A stretch of 64,000 bases of DNA from Candidatus Spongiisociaceae bacterium (GCA_965202675.1 OZ241842.1:323188-387187), one strand, 5' to 3'; shown: positions 9,241 to 18,986, counted from the first letter of the stretch. Numbers and translations are program-made. The notes: a model not told the origin generated them from the sequence alone.

Positions 9241-10119
9241 TCAGCGGCCGCGCACCCACCGATAGGCCCGGTCGACGTGCTCGGTCGCAAAACCCAGGCT
9301 CCGGTACAGGCCTGCGGCCGCCTCGTTGGACGAATCCACGTACAGGACGGCCCGGTCCGCCCCCCTCCGGTCCCGCAGGCGCCGCAGGCCTTCCACCGCC
9401 GCCGCCCGCCCCAGCCCCCTCCCCCGGCGGCTCGGGTCCACCCCGATGGCGTAGATCTCGCCCAGAGGCGGCTCCCCCGGCGGGGCTGGGTGGACCTTGG
9501 TCCAGTTGAAGGCGGCCATCCTCCCGTCGATCCAGACGGTCCGCACCCCCTCCGGGTCGAACCACGGCAGGGCGATGCGCTCGTCCAGGTCCCGGAGGGT
9601 CCAGCCGCCCTGTTCGGGATGCCCGGCGAAGGCCCGGTTGTTGAGCTCGAGAAGGGTTTCCCGGTCGCGGTCCGGGCGGAAGGCCCTGATCGACGCCCCC
9701 GCCGGCGGAGGGCGGTCGTCCTCCAGGGGCAGGTCGACGGCCATGCGGTGGAGCTCCCGCTCCGGGCGGACCAGATCCGGCGGGGGTTCCAACGCCGGGG
9801 CGTGCACCCAGAGGACCGCTTCGGCCACCCCCTCCGCCGCCAGCATTTCCAGGAACCCGCCCAGGAACCATCCGTACTCCTCCGCCGACAGGGCGGCTAT
9901 CTCCAGGGTCCACGCCCGCCCGTCGGGGTTGGGCGCCGCGTATCCGTACGCCGCCGGGGCCCCGGCGCGTTCCCCCACCGCGCCGAAGCCGCGGCCGGGC
10001 GCGGCCATCGCGGTGAGCAGCGCCTCGCCGAAAGGAGGGGCTCCCTGCCTGCGCTCCGCCTCGGCGATGAGCCCGTCCGCCTCCGCGGGGGCGGCGGGGC
10101 GGACGGTCATCCGGTTCAT
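9241..10119 (-). CDS. GNAT family N-acetyltransferase with tandem GNAT folds, mycothiol synthase (MshD)-like
   Basis: C-terminal IGVDPSRRGRGLGRAA...LYVDSSNEAAAGLYRSLGF acetyl-CoA binding motif; ~290 aa two-domain layout. Confidence 0.6.
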   Translation of the reverse strand: MNRMTVRPAAPAEADGLIAEAERRQGAPPFGEALLTAMAAPGRGFGAVGERAGAPAAYGYAAPNPDGRAWTLEIAALSAEEYGWFLGGFLEMLAAEGVAEAVLWVHAPALEPPPDLVRPERELHRMAVDLPLEDDRPPPAGASIRAFRPDRDRETLLELNNRAFAGHPEQGGWTLRDLDERIALPWFDPEGVRTVWIDGRMAAFNWTKVHPAPPGEPPLGEIYAIGVDPSRRGRGLGRAAAVEGLRRLRDRRGADRAVLYVDSSNEAAAGLYRSLGFATEHVDRAYRWVRGR

Positions 10120-10261
10120 CCGACAGAGGGTAGACGGGGGCGGCCGCGGGCTTCGAGGCCCTTTGCGGGGCTGATTACCCGTTCGGCGCGCCTGCGCTCA
10201 CTATTCTCAATGTCCGTACCGAAAGCGGTTCCGTGAGAGGTGACAACCGAGGAACGGTATT

Positions 10262-11242
10262 TTGACCGGTTCAGACGAGACCACCCTGCCGGATGATAAC
10301 TTCGGCCGCTCCGACCAGGACCCGCGGCGCGAATCCATCGCGAGGGCCGCCCCCCCGCCGGTGACCGAGGCGATGATAACGCCCCGCACGGTTCCCCTGG
10401 ACCCGGAGGAAGCCGCCGAGTTGGAGGCCCGCGTCTGTGATGTCTGCGGGGAGCTGAACGACCCGGGCCGTTCGGCCTGCCTGCTCTGCGGCGCCCGCAT
10501 CACTGCGTCCGAACCCCCCGGGGGCGACCGCCCCGGAACCGGGGAAATGTCCGCCTGGGAGCGGCCCGAACCCGACTGGGCCCCCGGGGTCGATGAGGAC
10601 CCGGTCGCCCTGTGGGACGAGGAGATAGACGGGCGGATCGGGGTCCGCTACAAGGGGGCTTCCCGGAAGCGCTGGATCAGGATCCTGCTGGTACTGGTCA
10701 CCGCGGTTGCGGTCCTGGTGGTGGGCGTCGACTACCTGCTGAACCGGGGCGGTGCGCCGGCGGAGCCCGATCCCGCGACCACCACGACCGTCTCCGCCGC
10801 CGTCGAGCCGCCCCCCGCCCCCCGGAACGACACGTTGGAGTCCTTCGCCCTGCGGGCCTATGCGGAACAGATCGCGGAAATGGCCGACGACGTGGAGTTG
10901 CTGGAGACCTCCGGGCGGCTGATCAACGACCGGTGGGAAGCCCGCATCGTCGGCTTCGACACCACCATAGCGGCTCTGGACGAGCTGGCCCCGCAGGCGG
11001 AGGAGGTGTTCCTGCGGTTCAGAGAGATAACCCCCCCGGACGCCGCCGGCGTTGCCGACCACCGGCAGATGCTCGAGGAGATCGCGAACATGGTCACAGC
11101 GGTGAAGGGGATGCTGTCCGGGCTGCGGTCTACGGATTCGGGCGAGTCCCGCCGGGAGCAGCTGTCCATGTTCGAGAGGGCCGCCGCCGATTTCAGACGG
11201 CTGGCGAACCGGATCACCGTACTCCTGGAAACCGGGCAATGA
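10262..11242 (+). CDS. hypothetical protein with N-terminal zinc-ribbon (CDVCG...CLLCG) and one TM helix
   Basis: Protein-like composition versus GC-artefact ORF on opposite strand; CxxC-x15-CxxC then hydrophobic RILLVLVTAVAVLVVGV. Confidence 0.5.
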   Translation: MTGSDETTLPDDNFGRSDQDPRRESIARAAPPPVTEAMITPRTVPLDPEEAAELEARVCDVCGELNDPGRSACLLCGARITASEPPGGDRPGTGEMSAWERPEPDWAPGVDEDPVALWDEEIDGRIGVRYKGASRKRWIRILLVLVTAVAVLVVGVDYLLNRGGAPAEPDPATTTTVSAAVEPPPAPRNDTLESFALRAYAEQIAEMADDVELLETSGRLINDRWEARIVGFDTTIAALDELAPQAEEVFLRFREITPPDAAGVADHRQMLEEIANMVTAVKGMLSGLRSTDSGESRREQLSMFERAAADFRRLANRITVLLETGQ

Positions 11243-11286
11243 AGTACCCCGCCCGGTATGCGGTCCCGGCCGCCGTCGAATGACGG

Positions 11287-12108
11287 TCAGGATCGGCCCC
11301 GGCGGGCGGATCCTGCCCGGTGTTTTATCCACTCCGCCAGGTCGTCGACCATCGGGGCGCCGGCGGGTTCGTTGATCGACCCGTGCCGTAGGCCCGGATA
11401 GACCCGCCGCTCCACGCTCGGCCGCCTGCCCAGCGGGGCGCTGGCCTCCGGCGGAACGACGGTGTCGCCGCTCCCGTGCAGCACCAGGGTGGGGGCGCGG
11501 TAGAGGTCGAGGGAGCGGCCCGCCCCTTCCATACAGCGGAACAGGAGGGCGCCCAGGCGGACGGTGGAGCGGGTTACAACCAGCGGATCGGTCCGATAGT
11601 CCTCGGCCATGGCCGGATCGACGTACAGATCCCGGGGGTGGATCGGGTTGGGGAGGGCCAGGCGGGGCGCCGCCCTGGCCAGGAGCGGGGCCGCCCGCCG
11701 CTGCCAGGCGGGGACGGACGCGTCCAGCGCCGGGGCGCTGAGCACCACCAGGTCCGGTTGGCGGCGGCGCGACAGGGCGTAGTCGACCGCCAGCAGGCCG
11801 CCCATCGAGTGGCCGAGCAACACCGTGGGCAGCCCGGAGGCGAAGGGCTGCACCAGGTTGTCGAAGATCTGGTTCCGGTAATCGTCGAGCCCGCCGATGT
11901 CGGCCCGCCGCCCCGCCGAGGAACCGAACCCCTGGAGGTCGAAGGCGTATACGTCTACCCCGGCGGCGGCCAGCCGGGCGCCGGTGCGCTCGTAACGGCC
12001 CGAATGTTCGGCGATCCCGTGGACGATGAGCAACGCCGCCCGGGGATCCGAAGCCGGCCAACGGCGGCGCAGCTCGGTAACCCCGGTGCGGGTCAGACCG
12101 ACTTCGAG
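11287..12108 (-). CDS. alpha/beta hydrolase (lysophospholipase / monoacylglycerol lipase-like)
   Basis: LLIVHGIAEHSGRY, nucleophile elbow GHSMGG, C-terminal VLHGSGDTVVP; start uncertain (no in-frame ATG after MerR stop; possible CTG/GTG start). Confidence 0.6.
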   Translation of the reverse strand, partial: LEVGLTRTGVTELRRRWPASDPRAALLIVHGIAEHSGRYERTGARLAAAGVDVYAFDLQGFGSSAGRRADIGGLDDYRNQIFDNLVQPFASGLPTVLLGHSMGGLLAVDYALSRRRQPDLVVLSAPALDASVPAWQRRAAPLLARAAPRLALPNPIHPRDLYVDPAMAEDYRTDPLVVTRSTVRLGALLFRCMEGAGRSLDLYRAPTLVLHGSGDTVVPPEASAPLGRRPSVERRVYPGLRHGSINEPAGAPMVDDLAEWIKHRAGSARRGRS

Positions 12109-12143
12109 GAGGCTGGTGCGGCCCTCCCCGGGGCGGCGGCCGC

Positions 12144-12653
12144 TCAGGTCGCCGCCGCCTCCGCCCTCGATTCCTGTTCCGCGTACCTGGCGGCGGGCGG
12201 GAACATCTCCAGGATCTCGCCCTCCAGGTCCCGCTGCACCTGTCCGATGGCGATGCCGAATACGCCCTGGCCCCGCTTCAGCAGGTCCAGGAAGAGCGCC
12301 GCCGCCTCGTCCGCCTGGTCCCTGACCCATATATCGGTTCCGTCCGACACGAGGGTGAAGTCCACCAGCGGGTGTTCGGTTCCCATCTCGTCCCGCATCC
12401 ACTCCACTGCCTTCCTTATCTTCTGGAGGCTGAGGCCGGCATCCAGCAGCCTCTTGACGACCCGCAGCCGGAGCAGGTCGGTGAAGGAATACAGGCGCTG
12501 GGTTCCCGACCCCCTCGCCTTCCGGAGGGAGGGCATGAGCAGGCCGGTGCGCGCCCAATGGTCGAGCTGGCGGTAGGAAATGCCCACCAGCTTGCATACC
12601 TGGGGGGCCCGGTAACCGGCGGCCACTTCGTTGTCGGTGATGGCGTTGTGCAT
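12144..12653 (-). CDS. MerR family transcriptional regulator
   Basis: HTH YRAPQVCKLVGISYRQLDHWARTGLL; 169 aa; syntenic with mycobacterial Rv1830-like gene. Confidence 0.8.
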   Translation of the reverse strand: MHNAITDNEVAAGYRAPQVCKLVGISYRQLDHWARTGLLMPSLRKARGSGTQRLYSFTDLLRLRVVKRLLDAGLSLQKIRKAVEWMRDEMGTEHPLVDFTLVSDGTDIWVRDQADEAAALFLDLLKRGQGVFGIAIGQVQRDLEGEILEMFPPAARYAEQESRAEAAAT

Positions 12654-13070
12654 TGAGCCGTTCCCTTCGCGGCTGCGCCCTGCGGCTGCGGGGTTCCGCC
12701 GGGATGCCGGAGCGCCCCGCCCTCCTGACAGACCGATGACCGACAGGCCGTCGGTCCGTGTCTTGGGGGGCCGGGCGCACCCTCCCGGGGCGCCGCAGGT
12801 TTACACCGCCGTAATTATATGAAGAGCGTACTCTAGACGAGGGAGGCCGCCGTAATCAACGATTCCGCCGATCACGCTCCCCCGGCGCCTCGAGCGGCGG
12901 CCTTCCGGCAGGACGGGAAGGGCCCGGCGGCGGGTTGCGGCGAACCCGAACCCGACTGCTCCCTGCCGGCGCCGCGCAAGCCCGAACCCTTTCTGCGAAC
13001 CCGCCGGTCGAGCCCTGCCCCGCCCCACCGATCTGCTGACAACGAACCGCCTTCGGGCCTTTCTGTGAAC

Positions 13071-13250
13071 CCACCGGTTGGGCCTTTGCCGTCCTGTACG
13101 GCCAGTTCGTCGGGCAGTCCATTGCCCGCTGTTTTTTTGTGGGCCCGTCGGTTGGGCCTTTGCCGTCCTGTACGGCCAGTTCGTCGGGCAGCAGTCCATT
13201 ATCCGCTGTTTTTTTGCGGGCCCGTCGGTTGGGCCTTCACCGGGTCAGCC
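13071..13250. repeat. ~75-bp tandem direct repeat (2.3 copies) containing hairpin GCCCGC-TGTTTTTTT-GCGGGC
   Basis: Units at 13071-13144, 13145-13221, partial 13222-13250; near identical. Confidence 0.7.
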
Positions 13251-13354
13251 CCAAACACCCCAACCACCCCTGCAGGACCTTCTGTGAACCCCGGTCAAGC
13301 CCCTCTCCCACCCCAAGACCCCAAGCCCTCTTCCCACCCCAAGACACCCGGGCA

Positions 13355-13591
13355 AGAACGCGAAAAAAGCCGCCCCCTCGCCCCGCTTCACGGGCCCGGC
13401 CCCCACCTCCGCCACCTGGATTCCGGACGCGGTCGGTCAGTACCCCGGAGGGCCGCGTTCGGAAGATGATCCCTGTCACGGTCTGCGCCGGCTGCGGACC
13501 GGAGGTGCTTTCGGCTCCTCCATTGATACAGCATCGGTGCGACAAGGTCAATACCCTTGTGCGGGATCCGGCGGGATTTTTTTGTCATTCC
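13355..13591 (-). repeat. promoter-bearing repeat element, variant family, copy 5 (~90% identical to 52906-53140)
   Basis: AGAACGCGAAAAA...TTTTTTTGTCATTCC boundaries; internal GGTATTGACC-N17-TATCAA on minus strand. Confidence 0.7.
13516..13551 (-). promoter_or_regulatory. sigma70-like promoter TTGACC-N17-TATCAA reading toward MerR gene
   Basis: -35 rc at 13546-13551, -10 rc at 13523-13528. Confidence 0.45.
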
Positions 13592-13642
13592 GCGGTTTTA
13601 TCCGATGAGCCCCCTCGACCACTGTCCGTTTCGGGTTCGGGG

Positions 13643-14140
13643 TCAGGTGCGGAAGTCCTCCGGGGTGAGGTCTTCGAGGAATTCCTTGAAGCGCTCCACC
13701 TCGGCCTCCTGGGCCTCTTCGTCGTTCTCGTCCCTTATCTGGATCCCGGCGCTGTCGAGCACCTCGGGGGTGGCGTAGAGGGGGGCGCCGGTCCGGGCCG
13801 CCAGGGCTATCGCGTCGGAGGGGCGGGAGCTGACATGCATCTCCTCCCCGTTCCGGCTCAGCACCAGATCGGCGTAGTAGACGTTGTCCCGCAGCTCGGT
13901 GACGGTTACCCGGTCGACCCGCCCCCCCAGCATCTCGGTGGTGATGCGGAGCAGGTCGTGGGTGAAGGGGCGCGGGGTGGACACCCCCTCCAGGGCGTAG
14001 GCGATGGCGGTCGCTTCCATCCTCCCGATCCAGATCGCCAGATAGCGCCGCCCCCGGGCTTCGCGGAGCAGGACGATGGGCTGCTGGGTCGGGTACTCGA
14101 TCCGCACCCCGATCAGATCCATAGGAACCACATCGCTCAT
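13643..14140 (-). CDS. bifunctional nuclease family protein (DUF151)
   Basis: 165 aa, conserved in actinobacterial garA neighbourhood (Rv1829-like). Confidence 0.7.
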   Translation of the reverse strand: MSDVVPMDLIGVRIEYPTQQPIVLLREARGRRYLAIWIGRMEATAIAYALEGVSTPRPFTHDLLRITTEMLGGRVDRVTVTELRDNVYYADLVLSRNGEEMHVSSRPSDAIALAARTGAPLYATPEVLDSAGIQIRDENDEEAQEAEVERFKEFLEDLTPEDFRT

Positions 14141-14195
14141 GGCATGAGCCTATCACCGCCTGCGGCGTGTGCAACCCCCCGTGAGCGCGGCGGGG

Positions 14196-15410
14196 TCATC
14201 CGAATATCCAGTTCCAGTAGCGCCCCGCCCAGGACAGCGCGTCGAGCATTCCGGGCAGAACGGGCCGCCTCTCCAGCTCTTGCACGATCACCGGTTCCGG
14301 CGGGGGCGCCTGCTCCGCCGGTTCTGTGTACACCGGCGCGGGCGCGGGCGGTTCCTCCTGCTCCGGGGCGGGGACCGCCTCCGCCGGCGGCGCCTCCTCG
14401 CCGGCGGGCTCGGCCGGGAACAGCTCGAAGCCGTCCGCCGGTTCTTCCGGGCCCGGGTCGAGCAGGCCCACCGCCAGCGGCCTGCGTTCGCCGCCGCCGA
14501 ACGGGGTCAGGGTCACGGGCGAGAACTCCTCGAATCCGTAGTCCAGCAGGGCGGCCGCATCGGCGAAATGGCCGGTGGAGCCGAGCACCACCGCATAGAG
14601 CCGCCTTCCGCCCCGTTCGGCCGCGGCCACCAGCGTCAGGAGGGCGTCGTCGGTGTAGCCGGTCTTGACGCCGACCGCGCCCGGATAGCCCTCCAGCAGC
14701 TGGTTGCTGTTGAGCGCAACCCTCGGCCGGCCTCCGGGGGCGGCGGGAAGGTCGGTGCTGCGGGTCCCGACCAGCCGGGCGAAACGCTCGTCTTCCATGC
14801 CGGACAGGGCCATGAACAGCAGGTCCCGCGCCGAGCTGTAGTGATCGGGGTGGTCGAGGCCGTGGGGGTTGACGAAGTTCGTGTTCCGGAGGCCCATCTC
14901 CACCGCCTTCGAGTTCATCAGGAAGGCGAAGCCCTCCACCGTTCCGGCCGTGTGTTCGGCCAGCGCCACCGCCGCGTCGTTGGCGCTCCGCACCAGCAGG
15001 GCGGCCAGCAGGTCCTCCACCGTCCACCCCGGCTCGCCGGGCGTGAGGTCGACCTCCGATTCCCCTATCAGGGTGGCGTTCTCCGAGATTTCCACCGGTT
15101 CGCCGGGGCCGGCCTCGTCGAGCACCACCAGGGCGGTCATGATCTTGGTGGTGGAGGCCACGGCCCGCTGCTGGTCGGCCCGGTGTTCGGCCAGCACCCG
15201 CCGGTAGGTGTCGTCGTACAGTATCCAGGCCTCGGCGGTCAGCTCGGGGGGCGGCGGGGCGGCCAGCCCGTCGGCGGGGGGCAGGGCGGCGCCGGCGGCT
15301 TGGAGGAGGCCCGCCGATGCGGACAGCAGGGCGGCCGCCAACAGGAGGGCGGCCCGGGTGCGCGCCGCCGTCCGGCGGAACGACCCTGCGGCTCCCCCGG
15401 GGCTACCCAT
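14196..15410 (-). CDS. D-alanyl-D-alanine carboxypeptidase (serine peptidase S11)
   Basis: Signal-like N-terminus, active-site SxxK (ASTTKIM), SGN/KTG-like motifs (VKTGYTD); Pro/Glu-rich C-terminal tail. Confidence 0.8.
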   Translation of the reverse strand: MGSPGGAAGSFRRTAARTRAALLLAAALLSASAGLLQAAGAALPPADGLAAPPPPELTAEAWILYDDTYRRVLAEHRADQQRAVASTTKIMTALVVLDEAGPGEPVEISENATLIGESEVDLTPGEPGWTVEDLLAALLVRSANDAAVALAEHTAGTVEGFAFLMNSKAVEMGLRNTNFVNPHGLDHPDHYSSARDLLFMALSGMEDERFARLVGTRSTDLPAAPGGRPRVALNSNQLLEGYPGAVGVKTGYTDDALLTLVAAAERGGRRLYAVVLGSTGHFADAAALLDYGFEEFSPVTLTPFGGGERRPLAVGLLDPGPEEPADGFELFPAEPAGEEAPPAEAVPAPEQEEPPAPAPVYTEPAEQAPPPEPVIVQELERRPVLPGMLDALSWAGRYWNWIFG

Positions 15411-16164
15411 CGATGAGGGTTTCCACCTCCGCGGCGAACAGCAGCTCGGTCAGCCGCATCACGGCTTCGGCGTTGCGGCTCAGGGCCTGGGCGGCCCGGC
15501 GGCGGACCTCCGGGTAGCGGTTCTTGTGGATGTCGACGTTGAGGCCGGCCAGCATATCCAGATGGCGGACCACGGCGTGGCGGATGGTGCGCAGGTGCCG
15601 GGGTTCCAGGCCGTGCCGCAGCAACAGGCTGCATTGACGGGCGATGGCGGCGTCCCTGGTCCCGAATCTGGCCGCCCCGTCCACCTCCGCCGGCCTGACC
15701 AGCCCGTGGTCGATGAGACCCCGCACCTGCTCCCTGGTGAGGTCGGCCCGGCGCGCCAGCTCGTGGATCTCGAAGACCTCCTCGTATTCCTCCTCCCCGG
15801 TGTCGGGGCCGTCCGCCTGCTGCGCCGGGGAGCTCTGCCCGGGGGTGCCCTGCACGGGCGGAGCGCCCTTCTGCGGCGCCCGGGGTTTCCTGTCCGGCCT
15901 GTTCGGCGCCTCTCCCCGGTCCCAGCGCGCCAGCTGCGACTTGATCACCTTGAGGGGCAGGAAATGGTCCCGCTGCCGGCGGAGGATGAACTGCAGGCGT
16001 TCGACGTCGGCGGAGAGGTACTGCCGGTATCCGGAGGACGACCTCGACGGGTTGATCAGTCCCTGGGTTTCGAGGAACCGCACCTTCGACATGGTTACAT
16101 CGGGAAACTCGTGCTTGAGCAGGTCGGTCACCTCCCCGATGCTCAGGGCCGGGGGATCCGTCAT
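15403..16164 (-). CDS. MerR family transcriptional regulator (FtsR / Rv1828-like)
   Basis: HTH LSIGEVTDLLKHEFPDVTMSKVRFLETQGLI; ATG at 16164 overlaps garA stop; long upstream ORF extension rejected. Confidence 0.75.
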   Translation of the reverse strand: MTDPPALSIGEVTDLLKHEFPDVTMSKVRFLETQGLINPSRSSSGYRQYLSADVERLQFILRRQRDHFLPLKVIKSQLARWDRGEAPNRPDRKPRAPQKGAPPVQGTPGQSSPAQQADGPDTGEEEYEEVFEIHELARRADLTREQVRGLIDHGLVRPAEVDGAARFGTRDAAIARQCSLLLRHGLEPRHLRTIRHAVVRHLDMLAGLNVDIHKNRYPEVRRRAAQALSRNAEAVMRLTELLFAAEVETLIDG

Positions 16165-16583
16165 CGCCCTTGGGTTACCAGCAGATGGAACTTCCCGATC
16201 ATCAGCCGGTCGCCGGAGGTCAGCCGCGCCTCCTCGACCAGCGTTTCGTTCACGTAGCTTCCGTTGGTGGAACCCAGATCTTCGAGGATCAGGCGCCCGT
16301 CGGAATCGAGCAGCATCCGGCAGTGGCGCCGGGAGACGGTTATGTCGTCGAGGGTGATGTCGTTGGACGGATGCCGCCCGATCCTGGTGGCGCCGGGCGA
16401 AAGGCTCCACTTGCGGCCGGCGTGCATGCCCCGCTGCACGGTGAGCGTGTACCCCGGCAGCTCCTCCGCCGAATCCTCCGGGCCGGGCCCGGGCTTCGTC
16501 GACCACCCCGCCTCCTCGGCAGGGTCGAAGATCATGGTCGCTTCAAATTCGTCCGAATGCCGAAGCTCGTCTCGACCCATCAT
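16161..16583 (-). CDS. garA: FHA domain protein GarA/OdhI-like
   Basis: C-terminal FHA motif GRHPSNDITLDDITVSRRHCRM...GSTNGSYVN; 140 aa. Confidence 0.8.
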   Translation of the reverse strand: MMGRDELRHSDEFEATMIFDPAEEAGWSTKPGPGPEDSAEELPGYTLTVQRGMHAGRKWSLSPGATRIGRHPSNDITLDDITVSRRHCRMLLDSDGRLILEDLGSTNGSYVNETLVEEARLTSGDRLMIGKFHLLVTQGR

Positions 16584-16691
16584 GACCTCCTGTCCGGTTC
16601 CGAGTGTAGTTGGCCCGCCGCGGCTGCGCCCCCTGTTTTCGCCGGCGCCCGCCGGCGTTCTGCCCGCCGGCGCCCCGGGTCTTGCTCCGGC

Positions 16692-17321
16692 CTACTCCCG
16701 GCGCTGATCGCGCAGGGTCGGGCTGCGGCGCATATCCCCTATATATTGCCAGGTGACCGCCAGGTACAGCAACAGGCCCGCCCCTCCCGACCAGGCGCCG
16801 AGCCCCTGCCAGAGGCGGGGGTTGGTTCCCGCCGCCGCCAGGTAATAGAAGGGCACGGCCGCGAACACCAGACCGGTGGCCAGCTTGCCGATCCACCTAA
16901 CCTTCACCTTGAGGTTGAACCTGAACAAGAAGTATAGGGCCGCCGCCCCCACCGCCGCCTCCCGGGCCAGCAGCGGCCACCCCAGCCATCCCGGGACCAC
17001 CCCGGCCAGGAGGCCCCCCGCCACCGAGGCGAACACCACCAGGCGGTCGGCGAGCGGGTCGAGGAACTTGCCTATCTCCGAGACCTGGCCGAGCTGGCGG
17101 GCCAGCACCCCGTCCAGGTAGTCGGTCAGGGCGGCGGCGGCCAGCAGCCAGGCGGCCAGGCTGTAGTCCTCCCGCCCGAGCAGCACCCACAGGAACACCG
17201 GAACGGCGGCGATCCGCAGCGCCGAGATCAGGTTGGGGATCGTCCACAGCCCCGCGTCGGGCCCGGTTGCTTCCGGTCGGCCGGTCGGCTTGCTTCTCAG
17301 CCGGGCGCTCCTTTTTTCCAT
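16692..17321 (-). CDS. pgsA: CDP-alcohol phosphatidyltransferase (phosphatidylglycerophosphate synthase-like)
   Basis: DYLDGVLAR...GKFLDPLADR CDP-OH transferase motif; multiple TM helices. Confidence 0.75.
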   Translation of the reverse strand: MEKRSARLRSKPTGRPEATGPDAGLWTIPNLISALRIAAVPVFLWVLLGREDYSLAAWLLAAAALTDYLDGVLARQLGQVSEIGKFLDPLADRLVVFASVAGGLLAGVVPGWLGWPLLAREAAVGAAALYFLFRFNLKVKVRWIGKLATGLVFAAVPFYYLAAAGTNPRLWQGLGAWSGGAGLLLYLAVTWQYIGDMRRSPTLRDQRRE

Positions 17322-17387
17322 CGCCGTTTACCTTAACCCCGCGCGCCGGCCGGAAGCGGCGTTCGGGTGGTACAATTCTTCGGGCCG

Positions 17388-17461
17388 CGGGCTGTGGCGC
17401 AGCTTGGCAGCGCGCTTGACTGGGGGTCAAGAGGTCGCGGGTTCAAATCCCGCCAGCCCGA
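17388..17461 (+). tRNA. tRNA-Pro (anticodon GGG)
   Basis: Cloverleaf by hand: acceptor CGGGCTG/CAGCCCG, D-arm GCGC-AGCTTGGCA-GCGC, anticodon stem CTTGA/TCAAG with loop CTGGGGG, T-arm GCGGG-TTCAAAT-CCCGC. Confidence 0.85.
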
Positions 17462-17654
17462 CCGGAATACCCGAATCGCCCGCCGCGGCGGCGCCGTGCG
17501 GCGGGGCGGCAGGGTCAGGTGACCCACCGGATCAGGGCGGTCACCCCCTGCACCAGCCTCCACCCCAGATACAGGGCGGCCAGCCCCGCCAGCAGCTTGA
17601 AGCCGAAGGGCGTCCGGGGGGGCTCCTGATCCTCCGGCGGGGCCGGCGGGCCGT

Positions 17655-18986
17655 TCACCGCCCCGCCCTCCTCCGGCCCGACCCCCGGCGCACCGTTACA
17701 CGGACGGGCGTGCCCATGAAGTCGTAGGCCCGGCGCGCCCGCCGCTCCAGGTAGCGGAGATAGGTGCTGTCCAGCGTCCCTCCCTTCACGAAGAGCGCCA
17801 GGGTGGGCGGGTCGGTCCTCGACTGGACCCCGTAGAGAATCCTGGGGCGGCGCCCCTTCCTCACCGGGGGCGGGTGTTCCCCGGTCCACTCCGCCAGCAG
17901 ACGGTTGAGAGCGGGGGTCGGGATCCGCCGCCCCCGGTTGGCGAGCACCGTTTCCAGGGCCGCCCCCAGCCGGTGGAGGCGCGCCCCCGTCAGAGCCGAG
18001 ATGCGCAGCACGGGCGCCCAGCCGGCGAACCCCAGCCTGTCCCCCACCTCCTCGGCGGTGCTCTCCCGCCGTTCGAGGCCGGCCGCGTCCCACTTGTTGA
18101 GCAGGACGATCAACGCCGCCCCCGACCGGACCGCCTCCTCGGCGATCCGCTGGTCCTGATGGGTAACCCCTTCGAGGGCGTCCACCAGCAGCAGCGCGGC
18201 GTCGGCCCGCCCCAGCGCCTCGCGGGCGCGCAGCACCGAGTAGTACTCCGCATCCTCGGAAATCCTGGGCCGGCGGCGCATCCCGGCGGTGTCGATCAGC
18301 CGGTAGGGGGCGCCGTCGATCTCGATGTCGGCGTCGATCGGATCGCGGGTGGTACCCGGAACCGGCGACACCACCACCCGCTCCTCGCCGGTCAGGCGGT
18401 TCATGAGGGTCGACTTCCCCGCGTTGGGGCGCCCGATGATGGCCACTTCGGGGATCCGCCCCCCGCCGGCCTCTTCCGCCTCGGCGGGCAGCCGGGCGGC
18501 GGCGTCGTCGAGCAGCTCCGCCACCCCCCGCCCGTGGATGGCCGACACCGGAGCGGGGGCGCCCAAGCCCAGCCTTCCGAACTCCCCCGAAGCCCGGGCG
18601 ATGTCCTCGTTGTCGGCCTTGTTGGCCGCCACCAGCACCCGCTCCCGCACCGGGCGGAGCAGGCCCGCCACCTCCGCGTCGTCGGAGGTGATAATCCCCT
18701 GGGCGTCCACCACGAACACGATCAGGTCGGCGGCGGCGATGGCCATCTCGGCCTGGGCGCGGATGTCCTCGACCAGCTCGGCGCCGGGGCTGCGCTGCCA
18801 CCCCCCCGTATCGACCACGGTGAAGCGCCGCCCGTTCCATTCCGCCTCGAAGAAGCGGCGGTCCCTGGTGATGCCCGGCTTCTCCTGGACGACGGCCGCC
18901 CGCCGCCCCACGATCCGGTTCACCAGGGTCGATTTTCCCACGTTGGGCCGGCCCACGATGGCGATGAGGGGTTTTGTGCTGCTCAT
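17655..18986 (-). CDS. der: ribosome biogenesis GTPase Der (EngA), tandem GTPase domains
   Basis: Two G domains (GRPNVGKST and GRPNAGKST), KH-like C-term; ATG at 18986 inside longer artefactual ORF. Confidence 0.9.
   Translation of the reverse strand: MSSTKPLIAIVGRPNVGKSTLVNRIVGRRAAVVQEKPGITRDRRFFEAEWNGRRFTVVDTGGWQRSPGAELVEDIRAQAEMAIAAADLIVFVVDAQGIITSDDAEVAGLLRPVRERVLVAANKADNEDIARASGEFGRLGLGAPAPVSAIHGRGVAELLDDAAARLPAEAEEAGGGRIPEVAIIGRPNAGKSTLMNRLTGEERVVVSPVPGTTRDPIDADIEIDGAPYRLIDTAGMRRRPRISEDAEYYSVLRAREALGRADAALLLVDALEGVTHQDQRIAEEAVRSGAALIVLLNKWDAAGLERRESTAEEVGDRLGFAGWAPVLRISALTGARLHRLGAALETVLANRGRRIPTPALNRLLAEWTGEHPPPVRKGRRPRILYGVQSRTDPPTLALFVKGGTLDSTYLRYLERRARRAYDFMGTPVRVTVRRGSGRRRAGR

Noticed and set aside
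7111-10236. 1041-aa plus-strand ORF and overlapping 810-aa minus ORF (7481-9913), both antisense to or out of frame with thrS and the GNAT gene
   Set aside because: Gly/Arg/Pro-rich low-complexity translations typical of high-GC spurious ORFs. The real genes thrS and the MshD-like GNAT have recognisable motifs.
10271-12061. 596-aa minus ORF overlapping the zinc-ribbon gene and the hydrolase
   Set aside because: Arg/Pro/Gly-rich artefact. Coding potential resides in 10262-11242 (+) and 11287-12108 (-).
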